Positions 29,339-39,085 are shown, counted from the stretch's first letter. The stretch is 64,000 nt of DNA from an uncultured Alphaproteobacteria bacterium (GCA_944391345.1 CALXTE010000007.1:2765-66764); one strand, 5' to 3'. Made by a program: numbers and translations. Notes: a model not told the origin generated them from the sequence alone.

Positions 29339-30181
29339 TTAGAACTCAAGGACAGGATAAACTTGATAACTATTTTGTTTACCATCATAACCATAATCAA
29401 TATAAATACCAGATGATTGACTAAGATACCCACGCCATGCATACCAATTATCTGATTCTGTTGATGACCACCCAGAGGAAAATTTTACGCCCCCAACCTT
29501 ATCAAATCCAGCATTGACAGCATCTTTGTTATTATAATATGAGGTAAATATTCCTGCTGCCGGTAAGCACCAATCTCCTGCTTCCGTTCCTGCTGTTTTA
29601 TAATAAGTTGCCGCCCATGCTGCCGGAAAATCGTTTGATGTGCCGGAAGCAACTAACATGTGGGTATTAATACAACTATTAAAATCTTTAGATGCAGAAT
29701 CACGACTACTATAATTTGGAACAGCCCCCGCATCTTTACAAGTATAGTTAAGGCCATCTTCATTCAAAGAACATATTTGCCAATAATACCTTCCAATTGA
29801 ATTCAAAGCCAATGCCTGCCCATGTCCGGCGCCATCCATGTAAACCACAACTGCAATCGGCGTTTTATTTGCATCAACCTCGGTAGAACAAGTCCAATCC
29901 GAATAAAATATATCTCCGATTTTGCAGTCATAAGTTTTATCACTGGGATCCGCTCCCGCACCGGAATTAATTTTGTTTTCCAACTCCGTTATCTTATTGC
30001 TCAAATCACTATTCGCACAATTCCAATATTCCCCGAACGGACATTTAATACCGTTGGTGCAGCTTGATGTGCTGGTATAGCCCATTGCCGTACAGCTTGG
30101 GGTGGCGATACAAGCCGCATTTGTTTGCACAATGCCGCCACAAAGAACAAATGCTGTTGTTGTATAGAGTAATTTTTTCAT
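29339..30181 (-). CDS. secreted Cys-rich protein with a DUF1566-like (Lcl C-terminal-like) domain
   Basis: Start at MKKLLYTTTAFVLCGG (ATG 30181, AAGGAGAAAG upstream). Signal peptide, N-terminal Cys-rich segment (KCPFGEYWNC). The C-terminal domain (KTPIAVVVY, DWCLPAAG, GWSSTESDNWYAW, VYPVLEF) resembles DUF1566. Confidence 0.55.
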   Translation of the reverse strand: MKKLLYTTTAFVLCGGIVQTNAACIATPSCTAMGYTSTSSCTNGIKCPFGEYWNCANSDLSNKITELENKINSGAGADPSDKTYDCKIGDIFYSDWTCSTEVDANKTPIAVVVYMDGAGHGQALALNSIGRYYWQICSLNEDGLNYTCKDAGAVPNYSSRDSASKDFNSCINTHMLVASGTSNDFPAAWAATYYKTAGTEAGDWCLPAAGIFTSYYNNKDAVNAGFDKVGGVKFSSGWSSTESDNWYAWRGYLSQSSGIYIDYGYDGKQNSYQVYPVLEF

Positions 30182-30201
30182 CTTCTTTCTCCTTTGTTTT
30201 C

Positions 30202-31026
30202 TTACATTGCGCAATAGTCGCAATAATCCGTGTAACCGCTTTTACATCCGGTGGCGTACCACAAACCCGAACAGTCTTCATATTCGCAGACTGAACCACT
30301 AGGGCAACTCGTATAAGTTCCTAAATTCGGACAAGCTTTGCAGTTATCATATTTCGTGATTGTGCCGGACAAACAAGTCGCGGCACCGGCTTCACCACCC
30401 ATAGAACCGCAATCCATAAAGCCATCACAAGGATTAGGCTTGATTTTATATTTTGTCTGCCCGTCGCAATCGAGACAACTTTCTCCGTCTTGGACATAAC
30501 CTTCGGGAATAGTCGTGTTGTCATATCCGGCGCCGCATGGCGTGCAAGTGCATGACGCGTATTTTCCGTCGCAAGACTCACCAACCCCGATATGTGGTTC
30601 TTCACAAGTCACATAATCACTCGGGCAAGCTTTTACACATTCCGAATAATAAGCTCCATAAGGACACTTCTTGCCGCCGGCTTTATAACCATCAGGACAA
30701 CTCGTAATCGTATAGCCTTCGTTCTGACAACGCTTGTTGGGATTAAGGTCAAAACTCGGGACATTATTACCGCTGCCGTTTTCTTTGCCGCTAAATAAAC
30801 TATCGGCACAAGCTGAAGTATCATTAATAAAGCAAACTGCCGCGATTTGAAATTCATCAGAAGAAGGCAAACTTGGTGACGAAGCATAAAGGTGTGTGTG
30901 AAGTGTGTAGACAAGCTGCTCGTCACTCTTGATAACAGAATTATCAGCTCTCGCGCCACAAGGCGAAATTCCTACCGCCAAACAAAGCGCCGCGGTTAAA
31001 ACCGCCTTTTGTCGTGAGATAAACAT
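30202..31026 (-). CDS. secreted cysteine-rich repeat protein (hypothetical)
   Basis: 274 aa, signal peptide ending in ARA, more than 30 Cys in the mature part. Shares the KCP(Y/F)G.Y..C motif with the downstream gene, which lies 20 nt away and is presumably co-transcribed. Confidence 0.5.
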   Translation of the reverse strand: MFISRQKAVLTAALCLAVGISPCGARADNSVIKSDEQLVYTLHTHLYASSPSLPSSDEFQIAAVCFINDTSACADSLFSGKENGSGNNVPSFDLNPNKRCQNEGYTITSCPDGYKAGGKKCPYGAYYSECVKACPSDYVTCEEPHIGVGESCDGKYASCTCTPCGAGYDNTTIPEGYVQDGESCLDCDGQTKYKIKPNPCDGFMDCGSMGGEAGAATCLSGTITKYDNCKACPNLGTYTSCPSGSVCEYEDCSGLWYATGCKSGYTDYCDYCAM

Positions 31027-31183
31027 AATACTTCTCCTATCTCGTTTGCCTTCACGACTCGATTATATCATAAATTCGCCATGCTTTCAAGACTATTTTC
31101 AAAGTAAGGAGAAATTTATGTGAAAAAAAATTTAATATCTTTTAACAAAATTCTGTTATACACTTTGGTTAAGGAGAAATTTC

Positions 31184-31543
31184 ATGGCAAAATGCAATTG
31201 CTTTCACACACATGATGACCAAGAGCAAACACTAAGGCTGAAAATGCCAAAATCATCAGATTTTGAAAAAGTTTCAATGACTTTTCAACTCATCAGTGAC
31301 CCGACAAGACTAAAAATCTTGTGGTTTTTGTGCCACCATGAAACCTGTGTGAATAACATTGCTGCCACGGTAGAAATGAGCTCTCCGGCCGTATCGCACC
31401 ATTTAAGATTGCTTAAACAAGCGGGTTTAATATCCGCCCGCCGTAACGGTAAAGAGATGTATTACAAACTTTCCGACACACCGGAAGCCACCCTTCTCCA
31501 CCGCGCCATAGACGATGTCTTTGACATCCAATGCCCCTTGTAA
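31184..31543 (+). CDS. ArsR/SmtB family metal-responsive repressor (CadC-like)
   Basis: 119 aa. N-terminal Cys/His (CNCFHTH), LCHHETCV plus wHTH IAATVEMSSPAVSHHLRLLKQAGL. Upstream of a metal ATPase operon. Confidence 0.85.
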   Translation: MAKCNCFHTHDDQEQTLRLKMPKSSDFEKVSMTFQLISDPTRLKILWFLCHHETCVNNIAATVEMSSPAVSHHLRLLKQAGLISARRNGKEMYYKLSDTPEATLLHRAIDDVFDIQCPL

Positions 31544-31608
31544 ATACGTTTTTAAGTCTTTGCGCTAAAAATTTTGCACTATTCATACTTCTCTTATCAC
31601 TTTTCCGC

Positions 31609-31637
31609 TTGACACTTTCGTTTTTTCATTATACAAT
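31609..31637 (+). promoter_or_regulatory. sigma-70-like promoter of the HMA/ATPase operon
   Basis: TTGACA (31609-31614), 17-nt spacer, TACAAT (31632-31637), about 45 nt upstream of the HMA gene. Confidence 0.45.
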
Positions 31638-31679
31638 TAAACATATATTTAATCGTTTACATATTAAACGGAGGAAAAA

Positions 31680-31892
31680 ATGAAAAAATCTTATAAACTC
31701 GAAAATCTGGATTGCGCCAACTGCGCTGCCAAAATCGAAGACGCTATCAAAAAAATTGACGGCATCAAATCCGCTTCCGTTAGCTTTTTTACCCAAAAGG
31801 TTGAAATAGAATTTGACCGTGATGAAAACGCACTCATCACCGAAATTAAGAAAATCATCAGCAAAATTGAACCGGATTGTGAATTGTTATAA
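31680..31892 (+). CDS. stand-alone heavy-metal-associated (HMA) domain protein / metallochaperone
   Basis: 70 aa with CANCAAKIE (CxxC) in a ferredoxin-like HMA pattern. 14 nt upstream of the ATPase gene. Confidence 0.8.
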   Translation: MKKSYKLENLDCANCAAKIEDAIKKIDGIKSASVSFFTQKVEIEFDRDENALITEIKKIISKIEPDCELL

Positions 31893-31906
31893 AACGGAGA
31901 TAACCA

Positions 31907-33760
31907 ATGACCAAAACTTTGAAAAAACAGCTCATAAAAATTATCATTGCCGCTTTTTTATTTGCCGGCGCTTTCTTTCCTCTGCCGCAAATGATAAAAC
32001 TAGCACTTTTAATTGCGGCATATTTGATTGTCGGCACCCCGATTTTGCTTAAAGCCGCCCGCAATATTCGCAATGGTCAAGTCTTTGATGAAAATTTTTT
32101 AATGACGATAGCAACCTTTGGCGCTTTCGCTTTGCAAGAATACACAGAGGCTGTCGCCGTAATGCTGTTTTTCCAAGTCGGTGAATTTTTTCAGTCCTAC
32201 GCGGTCAACAAATCGCGCAAATCCATTGCCGCTCTGATGGATATCCGCCCTGATTATGCGCACGTCAAGCGTGGAAAAGAATTAATAACCGTATCACCGG
32301 AAGAAGTCAAATTAGGAGAAATCATTGTTGTTCAGCCCGGAGAGCGCGTTCCGCTTGACGGCACAGTTATCAAAGGCAACGCCAGCTTAAACACCTCGGC
32401 CTTAACCGGAGAATCTTTACCGCGCGATGTTACAAAAGGCGAAAATGTCTTGAGCGGAAGCGTTAATTTAAATGGGGTTATAGAAATAAAAACAACCAGT
32501 GTTTTCTCAGATTCAACCGTTTCGCGCATTTTGGATTTAGTCGAAAACGCCGGCTCAAAAAAAGCACAAATCGAAGCTTTTATCACACGCTTTGCCCGTT
32601 ATTACACACCGACTGTGGTTATTATTGCTTTAGTTCTGGCCTTTTTACCGCCCTTACTGGGCAGTGCGCTCGGCTTAAAGGAATGGATTTATCGTGCCAT
32701 CACTTTTTTGGTAATTTCTTGCCCTTGTGCATTAGTCATCTCGATTCCACTAAGCTTTTTTGCCGGCATGGGCGCAGCTTCCAGATGCGGTGTTTTGGTT
32801 AAAGGCGGAAACTACCTTGAAGCCTTGTCTCGCGCTGAGATTTTTGTTTTTGATAAAACCGGAACCCTGACCAAAGGCAACTTCACAGTCACCAACATCA
32901 CTACCTTTATAGGCAGCAAAGAAACCCTGTTGCAAAATGCCGCCAAGGTTGAAGCTTATTCGCATCACCCGATTGCCACCTCTATCAAACAGGCTTTTGG
33001 AAAAGAGGTAGACCTAAAGGATATTTCAAACGTAGAAGAAATTGCAGGTTGCGGCATTAAAGCCCAAATCGCCGGTAAAGAAATTTCCGTCGGCAATAAA
33101 AAAATTCTTGATAAGTATGAAATAGCTGAACCAAAAATCGAAAAAGACGGAACAATTATTTATATCTTATACGACCAAAAGCTCGCCGGCTATATTAAAA
33201 TTGAAGACGAGATAAAACCCGATGCTGCTAAAACCATTTCTCTTTTGAAAACCCATGGGGTTAAAGAAACGGTCATGCTCACCGGCGACCGCAAAGAAAT
33301 CGGCCGCAAGATTGGTAAAAAACTTGGTTTAGACAAGGTTCACGCCGAACTTTTGCCAACCGATAAAGTATCAAAAATCGAGCAGCTTTTGAGCAAAAAA
33401 TCAGCCAACGGACAACTTGTTTTTATTGGCGATGGCATTAATGATGCGCCGGTTTTGGCGCGCTCGGATATCGGCATTGCCATGGGAGGCATCGGCTCTG
33501 ACGCTGCAGTGGAAGCTGCTGATATTGTCATCATGACCGATGAACCCTCAAAGATTATTTCGGCTCTCAAAATTGCCAAGAAAACAATTTTCATCGCCAA
33601 AGAAAATATTGTCTTTGCGATTGGGGTTAAGCTTTTGGTCTTAGCACTCGGCGCCTTGGGCTACGCATCAATCTGGGCTGCGGTATTTGCCGATGTCGGC
33701 GTATCGGTCATAGCAATATTAAATGCTGTGCGCTTACTGCCGTATCGTCCTAAAATTTAG
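31907..33760 (+). CDS. heavy-metal (Cd/Zn/Co-type) translocating P1B-type ATPase
   Basis: 617 aa. TM CPC motif (SCPCALVISIP), DKTGTLT, GDGINDAP. No fused N-terminal HMA domain. Confidence 0.9.
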   Translation: MTKTLKKQLIKIIIAAFLFAGAFFPLPQMIKLALLIAAYLIVGTPILLKAARNIRNGQVFDENFLMTIATFGAFALQEYTEAVAVMLFFQVGEFFQSYAVNKSRKSIAALMDIRPDYAHVKRGKELITVSPEEVKLGEIIVVQPGERVPLDGTVIKGNASLNTSALTGESLPRDVTKGENVLSGSVNLNGVIEIKTTSVFSDSTVSRILDLVENAGSKKAQIEAFITRFARYYTPTVVIIALVLAFLPPLLGSALGLKEWIYRAITFLVISCPCALVISIPLSFFAGMGAASRCGVLVKGGNYLEALSRAEIFVFDKTGTLTKGNFTVTNITTFIGSKETLLQNAAKVEAYSHHPIATSIKQAFGKEVDLKDISNVEEIAGCGIKAQIAGKEISVGNKKILDKYEIAEPKIEKDGTIIYILYDQKLAGYIKIEDEIKPDAAKTISLLKTHGVKETVMLTGDRKEIGRKIGKKLGLDKVHAELLPTDKVSKIEQLLSKKSANGQLVFIGDGINDAPVLARSDIGIAMGGIGSDAAVEAADIVIMTDEPSKIISALKIAKKTIFIAKENIVFAIGVKLLVLALGALGYASIWAAVFADVGVSVIAILNAVRLLPYRPKI

Positions 33761-33762
33761 GC

Positions 33763-33797
33763 AAACAAAAACCGCGGATTTTCCGCGGTTTTTGTTT
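33763..33797. terminator. bidirectional intrinsic terminator
   Basis: AAACAAAAACCGCGG-atttt-CCGCGGTTTTTGTTT between convergent genes. Confidence 0.7.
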
Positions 33798-33809
33798 CTC
33801 AATTCAAAA

Positions 33810-34166
33810 CTATTTCTTCGTCTTTTTAGCTGAAGCTTTTTTTGAAGCCGTAGTTTTTTTCGCAGCAGTTTTTTTAGCCGGTGCTTTAACCGTTGCCGAA
33901 GCAATTTTGGTTAAAGAAAAAGCCTTTGCCAAAGTAATCGGCAGCTGTTTAGCCTGAACATCATTAATGTGAAGTTTAATATCAGGCAAAAACGTGCAAC
34001 GGCTATATTGGTTAGAAACGGCACGTGCAACATTTAATGCATCTTGACGTTCCAACTGTTCAATCGCCGCACTCCAGTCATGAGCGCTTGAGTTTGCCGG
34101 ACAACCGTTATTTTTCCAAATATAATAAGCGGCTTCCTGAATCATTTTATTATCAAATTGTGCCAT
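33810..34166 (-). CDS. DUF2934-like protein with lysine/alanine-rich (histone H1-like) C-terminal tail
   Basis: IQEAAYYIWKNNGCPANSSAHDWSAAIEQL fits the DUF2934 pattern. The tail is AKKTAAKKTTASKKASAKKTKK. Confidence 0.6.
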   Translation of the reverse strand: MAQFDNKMIQEAAYYIWKNNGCPANSSAHDWSAAIEQLERQDALNVARAVSNQYSRCTFLPDIKLHINDVQAKQLPITLAKAFSLTKIASATVKAPAKKTAAKKTTASKKASAKKTKK

Positions 34167-34304
34167 GGTTTTGCTCCTTTAGTTTGTTATTTTCATAATC
34201 TAACATGAAATATTTATCAAAAGATTAAATTTTAAGAAAATATTTGAAAAATTATATAATTTTGATAGTCTAATCATGGTCGTTAATATTAAGAGGAAAA
34301 TGAC

Positions 34305-34556
34305 ATGGTTCAAAGAGTAGCTTTGCTTGCAATTATTGTAGAAAAAACAACGGCGGTAAATGAGTTAAACACCTTATTGCACCGCTACGCAGAATACATT
34401 ATCGGCCGCATGGGAATTCCGTATCGCGCAAAAAACATAAACATCATCAGCATCGCCCTAGACGCTCCGGAAGACATCATAGCGGCTTTAAGCGGAGCCA
34501 TCGGCCGCTTGGACGGTGTATCGTGTAAAGTTGCTTATTCCAATTTTATGTCATAA
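34305..34556 (+). CDS. TM1266-family putative iron-only hydrogenase system regulator
   Basis: 83 aa. IIVEK..AVNELNTLLHRYAEYIIGRMGIPYR and ISIALDAPEDIIAALSGAIGRLDGVS match the TM1266/TIGR03959 family as I recall it. Next to hydG. Confidence 0.7.
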   Translation: MVQRVALLAIIVEKTTAVNELNTLLHRYAEYIIGRMGIPYRAKNINIISIALDAPEDIIAALSGAIGRLDGVSCKVAYSNFMS

Positions 34557-34654
34557 AAAAGCACTTGCCATTTGAGCAAATTTTTGCTATATCAGCCATA
34601 GTTTTAACCTGAGGGGAAAGTACAACCTGCCCCTAAAGCGGAGAATAGAAAGTA

Positions 34655-36073
34655 ATGTATAATCCTAACTCCTTAAAGGCTGAGGAGTTTATCAGCCATG
34701 ACGAAATTTTAGATTCTCTCAGATTCGCCGACGAACATAAAAATAACCCTGAAATGATTGATCAGGTGATTGCCAAGGCTCGTTTGTGCAAAGGCTTAAA
34801 TCACCGTGAAGCCTTGCTTTTGCTTGATTGTGAAATTCCGGAAAAAAACGAAGAAATTTTTAAACTGGCTGAGGAAATCAAAAAAGAATTTTACGGCAAC
34901 CGCATTGTTATGTTTGCTCCGCTCTATCTGTCAAATTATTGCGTCAACGGCTGCGTCTATTGCCCTTATCACGCCAAAAACAAGCATATTGCGCGCAAAA
35001 AATTAACCCAAGAAGAAGTTGCCAAAGAAGTAATTGCCTTGCAAGACATGGGACACAAACGCTTAGCAATTGAGTCTGGAGAAGATCCGGTTAATAACCC
35101 GATTGAATATATTTTGGAATGCATAAAAACCATCTATGGCATCAAACACAAAAACGGCGCAATTCGCCGTGTAAACGTTAATATTGCGGCCACCACGGTT
35201 GAAAACTACCGCAAGCTCAAAGAAGCCGGCATCGGAACATACATTTTATTCCAAGAAACTTATCATAAAGAAAGTTACGAAAAACTTCATCCGACCGGCC
35301 CCAAGCATAACTATGCTTACCATACGGAAGCCATGGACAGAGCCATGGAAGGAGGCATTGACGATGTCGGGCTCGGTGTATTGTTTGGGTTGGAAAAATA
35401 TCGCTATGAATTCACGGGACTGTTGATGCATGCCGAACATTTGGAAGCGGTCCACGGCGTCGGCCCTCATACAATCAGCGTTCCGCGAATTAAGCATGCT
35501 GATGATATTGACCCTTCGGCCTTTGATAACGGCATTGATGACGATACCTTTGCCAAGCTTGTCGCCTGCATCCGCTTGGCCGTTCCTTATACCGGCATGA
35601 TTATTTCCACCAGAGAAAGTCAGGCTTGCCGAGAAAAAGTCATTCGCTACGGCATATCCCAAATCAGCGGCGGTTCCAAAACCAGCGTCGGTGGCTATGT
35701 AACGCCTGAAGAAGACGACAACAAATCAGAACAATTTGATGTCAGCGATAAACGTACCTTGGATGAAGTCGTTGCTTGGCTCATGAAAATTGGCTATATC
35801 CCAAGCTTTTGCACGGCTTGCTATCGCGAAGGCCGCACCGGCGACCGCTTTATGGCATTATGCAAAAACAAACAGATTCACAACTGTTGCCTGCCAAATG
35901 CTTTAATGACGCTTAAAGAATATTTGGAAGATTATGCTTCTCCCGAAACCAAACAAATCGGAGAAAAGCTCATTAAAGAGCAGCTTGCAAATATCTCTAA
36001 TGAAAAGGTACGCAGCATAACCACGACCAACCTCGAAAATATATCAAACGGCCAGCGCGATTTTCGCTTCTGA
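34655..36073 (+). CDS. hydG: [FeFe]-hydrogenase H-cluster radical SAM maturase HydG
   Basis: 472 aa. Radical-SAM CVNGCVYCPY, ThiH-like core, plus the HydG-specific C-terminal cluster motif CTACY...CC. Confidence 0.85.
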   Translation: MYNPNSLKAEEFISHDEILDSLRFADEHKNNPEMIDQVIAKARLCKGLNHREALLLLDCEIPEKNEEIFKLAEEIKKEFYGNRIVMFAPLYLSNYCVNGCVYCPYHAKNKHIARKKLTQEEVAKEVIALQDMGHKRLAIESGEDPVNNPIEYILECIKTIYGIKHKNGAIRRVNVNIAATTVENYRKLKEAGIGTYILFQETYHKESYEKLHPTGPKHNYAYHTEAMDRAMEGGIDDVGLGVLFGLEKYRYEFTGLLMHAEHLEAVHGVGPHTISVPRIKHADDIDPSAFDNGIDDDTFAKLVACIRLAVPYTGMIISTRESQACREKVIRYGISQISGGSKTSVGGYVTPEEDDNKSEQFDVSDKRTLDEVVAWLMKIGYIPSFCTACYREGRTGDRFMALCKNKQIHNCCLPNALMTLKEYLEDYASPETKQIGEKLIKEQLANISNEKVRSITTTNLENISNGQRDFRF

Positions 36074-36164
36074 TTTCACTGAGTAAAAAACAGAAACACC
36101 TTGCGTTATTAAATTTGATAAACTATATTTTTGGTGTATCAATAGTTATGTTTAAGAATGTTTC

Positions 36165-37934
36165 ATGTTTAGTTACTTAAAAAATAAAATCGCCTCAACT
36201 TCATTCATTGCTAATTACAAACGAATGATGATTTATGTTCGTCCCTATTGGTTTCGTGCACTTATTGCTGTTTTAATTACGATTCCGATTGGCTCAATGG
36301 ATGCCGTAATTGCTTGGGCGCTAAAACCTTATATGGATGTCGTGATGGTTGAAAAAAGCGTTGCCGCAACCAGCTATATCCCGATTTTAATTATTATATT
36401 CAGCAGCATGCAAAGCGGCTTAAATTATGCGGCAACTTACCTAAATACTTGGGTCGGGCGCAAAATTGCCAATGATGTCAAAATGGATTTATTTAATAAA
36501 CTGCTGCACATGGACGCCGCTTTTTTTGACAAGACCAATTCCGGCGAAGTTTTAATGCGCTTTAACAACGATGTTGATTTGGCTTGCAATGGCTTGCTGG
36601 CTAATTTAAAATTATTCACGACCCGTGTATTTTCTTCGATTTCATTAGTTGCGGTTTTGTTTTACAATTCATGGCAGCTGGCCATAATTGCCGTCGTCAT
36701 CCTTTTTGGGGCGCTATATCCGTTATCAACCGTCCGCCGGAGAATTAACTCCATCATGAATAAGACCATTTTTTCGGGCGGAGAGGTAATGAAGCATTTT
36801 AACGAAAGCTTCAGCGGCAACCGCATTATTTCTGCCTATAACCTATATGACTACCAGAATCAACGCTTTCGCGATACTTTACGCACGGTGTTCCACCTCG
36901 GGATTAAAATGATTCAGCGCACCGGCATGATGTCGCCATTAATGCACTTTATTGTTTCTTTAGGCATTGCCGCCGTTATTTGGTACGGAAGCTATTTGAT
37001 TGTGCATCACACCATCACCGCCGGCAGTTTTGTTTCCTTCATCGCGGCGTTAATCATGCTTTATACGCCGATAAAATCAATCGGCAATAACTATAACAAC
37101 GTCCAAATGGCCCTAATGGCAATGGAACGCGTTTTTGGCTTGTTAGATAAAATACCGGATATCAGAAGCAAAGAAAACGCCAAGATTATGACCGGCCTCC
37201 ACGACCAGATTGAATATAAAGACGTTTCTTTTGCTTATGAAAAAGGGCGTCCGGTATTAAAGCATGTTAATCTGATTATCAAAAAAGGCCAAACGATTGC
37301 CTTTGTCGGCAACTCCGGCGGCGGTAAAAGCACCTTAATAAGCCTGCTTCCTCGCTTTTATGATTTGGGCAATAACAGTGGCCAGATTTTAATTGATGGA
37401 ACCAATATAAAAGACTTAAATCTTGATTCTCTGCGCCAAAATATTGCTATTGTCTTTCAGGATAATTTCTTATTTGATGGCACCATTAAAGAAAACATCC
37501 TCTTAGGAAACGAAAGCGCCTCTGACGACGACATCAAAAAAGCCATAACCATGGCCTGCCTTGATGAATTTATAAAAAGCCTGAAAGACGGCTTAAATAC
37601 AAGGATTGGAGAAAGAGGCGTCCTTCTCTCCGGCGGTCAAAAGCAACGCATTGCCATTGCGCGCGCCTTTTTGAAAAACGCCCCGATAGTGATTTTAGAT
37701 GAGGCAACTTCGGCCCTTGATAACAAGTCAGAAGCCGTTGTGCAGCAAGCTATTGATAACCTAATGCAAGATAGAACCGTCTTAATCATTGCACACCGCC
37801 TGTCGACCGTACGCAACGCCGACAAGATTGTGGTGGTTAATTATGGCGAAATCGTAGAATCCGGCTCTCATGAAGAACTTCTCAAAATGGAAAACAGCGT
37901 CTACGCTTCGCTCTACCGAGCCCAGCTCAAATAG
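36165..37934 (+). CDS. ABC exporter, fused permease/ATPase (MsbA-like)
   Basis: 589 aa, six-TM domain, then Walker A GNSGGGKST, signature LSGGQKQR, Walker B IVILDEATS. Confidence 0.85.
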   Translation: MFSYLKNKIASTSFIANYKRMMIYVRPYWFRALIAVLITIPIGSMDAVIAWALKPYMDVVMVEKSVAATSYIPILIIIFSSMQSGLNYAATYLNTWVGRKIANDVKMDLFNKLLHMDAAFFDKTNSGEVLMRFNNDVDLACNGLLANLKLFTTRVFSSISLVAVLFYNSWQLAIIAVVILFGALYPLSTVRRRINSIMNKTIFSGGEVMKHFNESFSGNRIISAYNLYDYQNQRFRDTLRTVFHLGIKMIQRTGMMSPLMHFIVSLGIAAVIWYGSYLIVHHTITAGSFVSFIAALIMLYTPIKSIGNNYNNVQMALMAMERVFGLLDKIPDIRSKENAKIMTGLHDQIEYKDVSFAYEKGRPVLKHVNLIIKKGQTIAFVGNSGGGKSTLISLLPRFYDLGNNSGQILIDGTNIKDLNLDSLRQNIAIVFQDNFLFDGTIKENILLGNESASDDDIKKAITMACLDEFIKSLKDGLNTRIGERGVLLSGGQKQRIAIARAFLKNAPIVILDEATSALDNKSEAVVQQAIDNLMQDRTVLIIAHRLSTVRNADKIVVVNYGEIVESGSHEELLKMENSVYASLYRAQLK

Positions 37935-37936
37935 CC

Positions 37937-38947
37937 TCACAAGCCGACAGATTTTCGGCACAGAGCCGTAAACACAGGTTTATTCAGCCCAAGATAGTCA
38001 ATCAACGTCTTCGGGCTGAAAATTTTATATAACTTGTGCGTTTCAATTTTTCCGTTTTTTATGGTTTTAATCTCGCCGCTCGGCAAATCAGATTGCCCGA
38101 TACACGAAGACAGATAAACAAAACATTCATCATTATCTTTCAGATTTTCCAGCGCCAATTTTCGCGCATAAAGATTAAGCGTTAAATCAGCTTTGCTGGC
38201 ATCTTTGGTCCAAGGACTTCCGCCACCGATAGGACTTGCCGCTTCATAAAAGTCACAACACAGCTTCCGACCGGTAACCCCGCAATCAGCAACGGAAGAA
38301 TGTAGCGTATAATCACCGGTTCCGTTAATAATAATTTGCTCTGGCTTCTGCCCTAAAATATGAATAACAAAATCTTGTAACTCTTCTTTTTCCAACATCG
38401 GAACAGCGGCAATAGCCGTTGCAATTTTTCCGTCATCATTCAACGTAATTTGTGTTTTAATATCCAATCCCAGATTTTTAGAACTCAGCGCTTTTTTATA
38501 AAGTGCAGCGTTTAATTTGCGAGCCAAGTTTTGTTCCGCACTAATATTATTTTCCCCCTGACAAGCATAACCGACATAAACCCCTTGGTCGCCCCAACCG
38601 TTTTGTTCAACCCCTTGGTTGATTTCAGATGATTGGATACCAATAAGATTAATCACGTTTACTTTGTCGGGCTCAATCGCCTTATCTTTCCAAATCGCGG
38701 CATAATCCTTTGAATAACCGATTTCGGACAGAGCCATAAGGACAAACTCTTTAATCGCTTCATCAGCAAAAGAAAACGCACTTTTAATTTCACCGCCAAG
38801 CACAACGGTGTTTCCCTTAATCATAACCTCAACGGCATATTTAACATAAGGGTCTTGTTTTATAAAACAATCTAAAATAAAGCTTGAAATATAATCGGCT
38901 GTTTTATCAGGATGCCCAAGAGATACGGCCTCAGCAGTTTTAAACAT
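37937..38947 (-). CDS. divergent, short S-adenosylmethionine synthetase (MetK) family protein
   Basis: 336 aa versus about 385 for canonical MetK. Retains GHPDK, GWGDQG (for GAGDQG), DCGVTGRK and GGGSPWTKD (for GGGAFSGKD). Other conserved blocks are altered. Confidence 0.6.
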   Translation of the reverse strand: MFKTAEAVSLGHPDKTADYISSFILDCFIKQDPYVKYAVEVMIKGNTVVLGGEIKSAFSFADEAIKEFVLMALSEIGYSKDYAAIWKDKAIEPDKVNVINLIGIQSSEINQGVEQNGWGDQGVYVGYACQGENNISAEQNLARKLNAALYKKALSSKNLGLDIKTQITLNDDGKIATAIAAVPMLEKEELQDFVIHILGQKPEQIIINGTGDYTLHSSVADCGVTGRKLCCDFYEAASPIGGGSPWTKDASKADLTLNLYARKLALENLKDNDECFVYLSSCIGQSDLPSGEIKTIKNGKIETHKLYKIFSPKTLIDYLGLNKPVFTALCRKSVGL

Positions 38948-39053
38948 ATCAAATCCTCCTTATTTAGTCCTCTATTGCGGGACAAGTCAGGTTAAATCCA
39001 CATTCAGAGCAATCGCTCTTTTTATATTCTTAATCTTTTTGCCAGATAAGTCA

Positions 39054-39085
39054 AGAAAAAAGGGGCAAGCTCCCCTGCCCCTTTA
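39054..39085 (-). terminator. intrinsic terminator after metG
   Basis: On the minus strand, AGGGGCA-loop-TGCCCCT followed by TTTTTTT. Confidence 0.6.

Noticed and set aside
38948-39053. SAM-II/SAM-V riboswitch upstream of the MetK-like gene, expected in Alphaproteobacteria
   Set aside because: The leader has two simple hairpins (GAGC/GCTC and GTCC/GGAC), but I could not recognise the pseudoknot consensus with the 3' AAAGCU element. It needs a covariance-model scan, so no claim is made.
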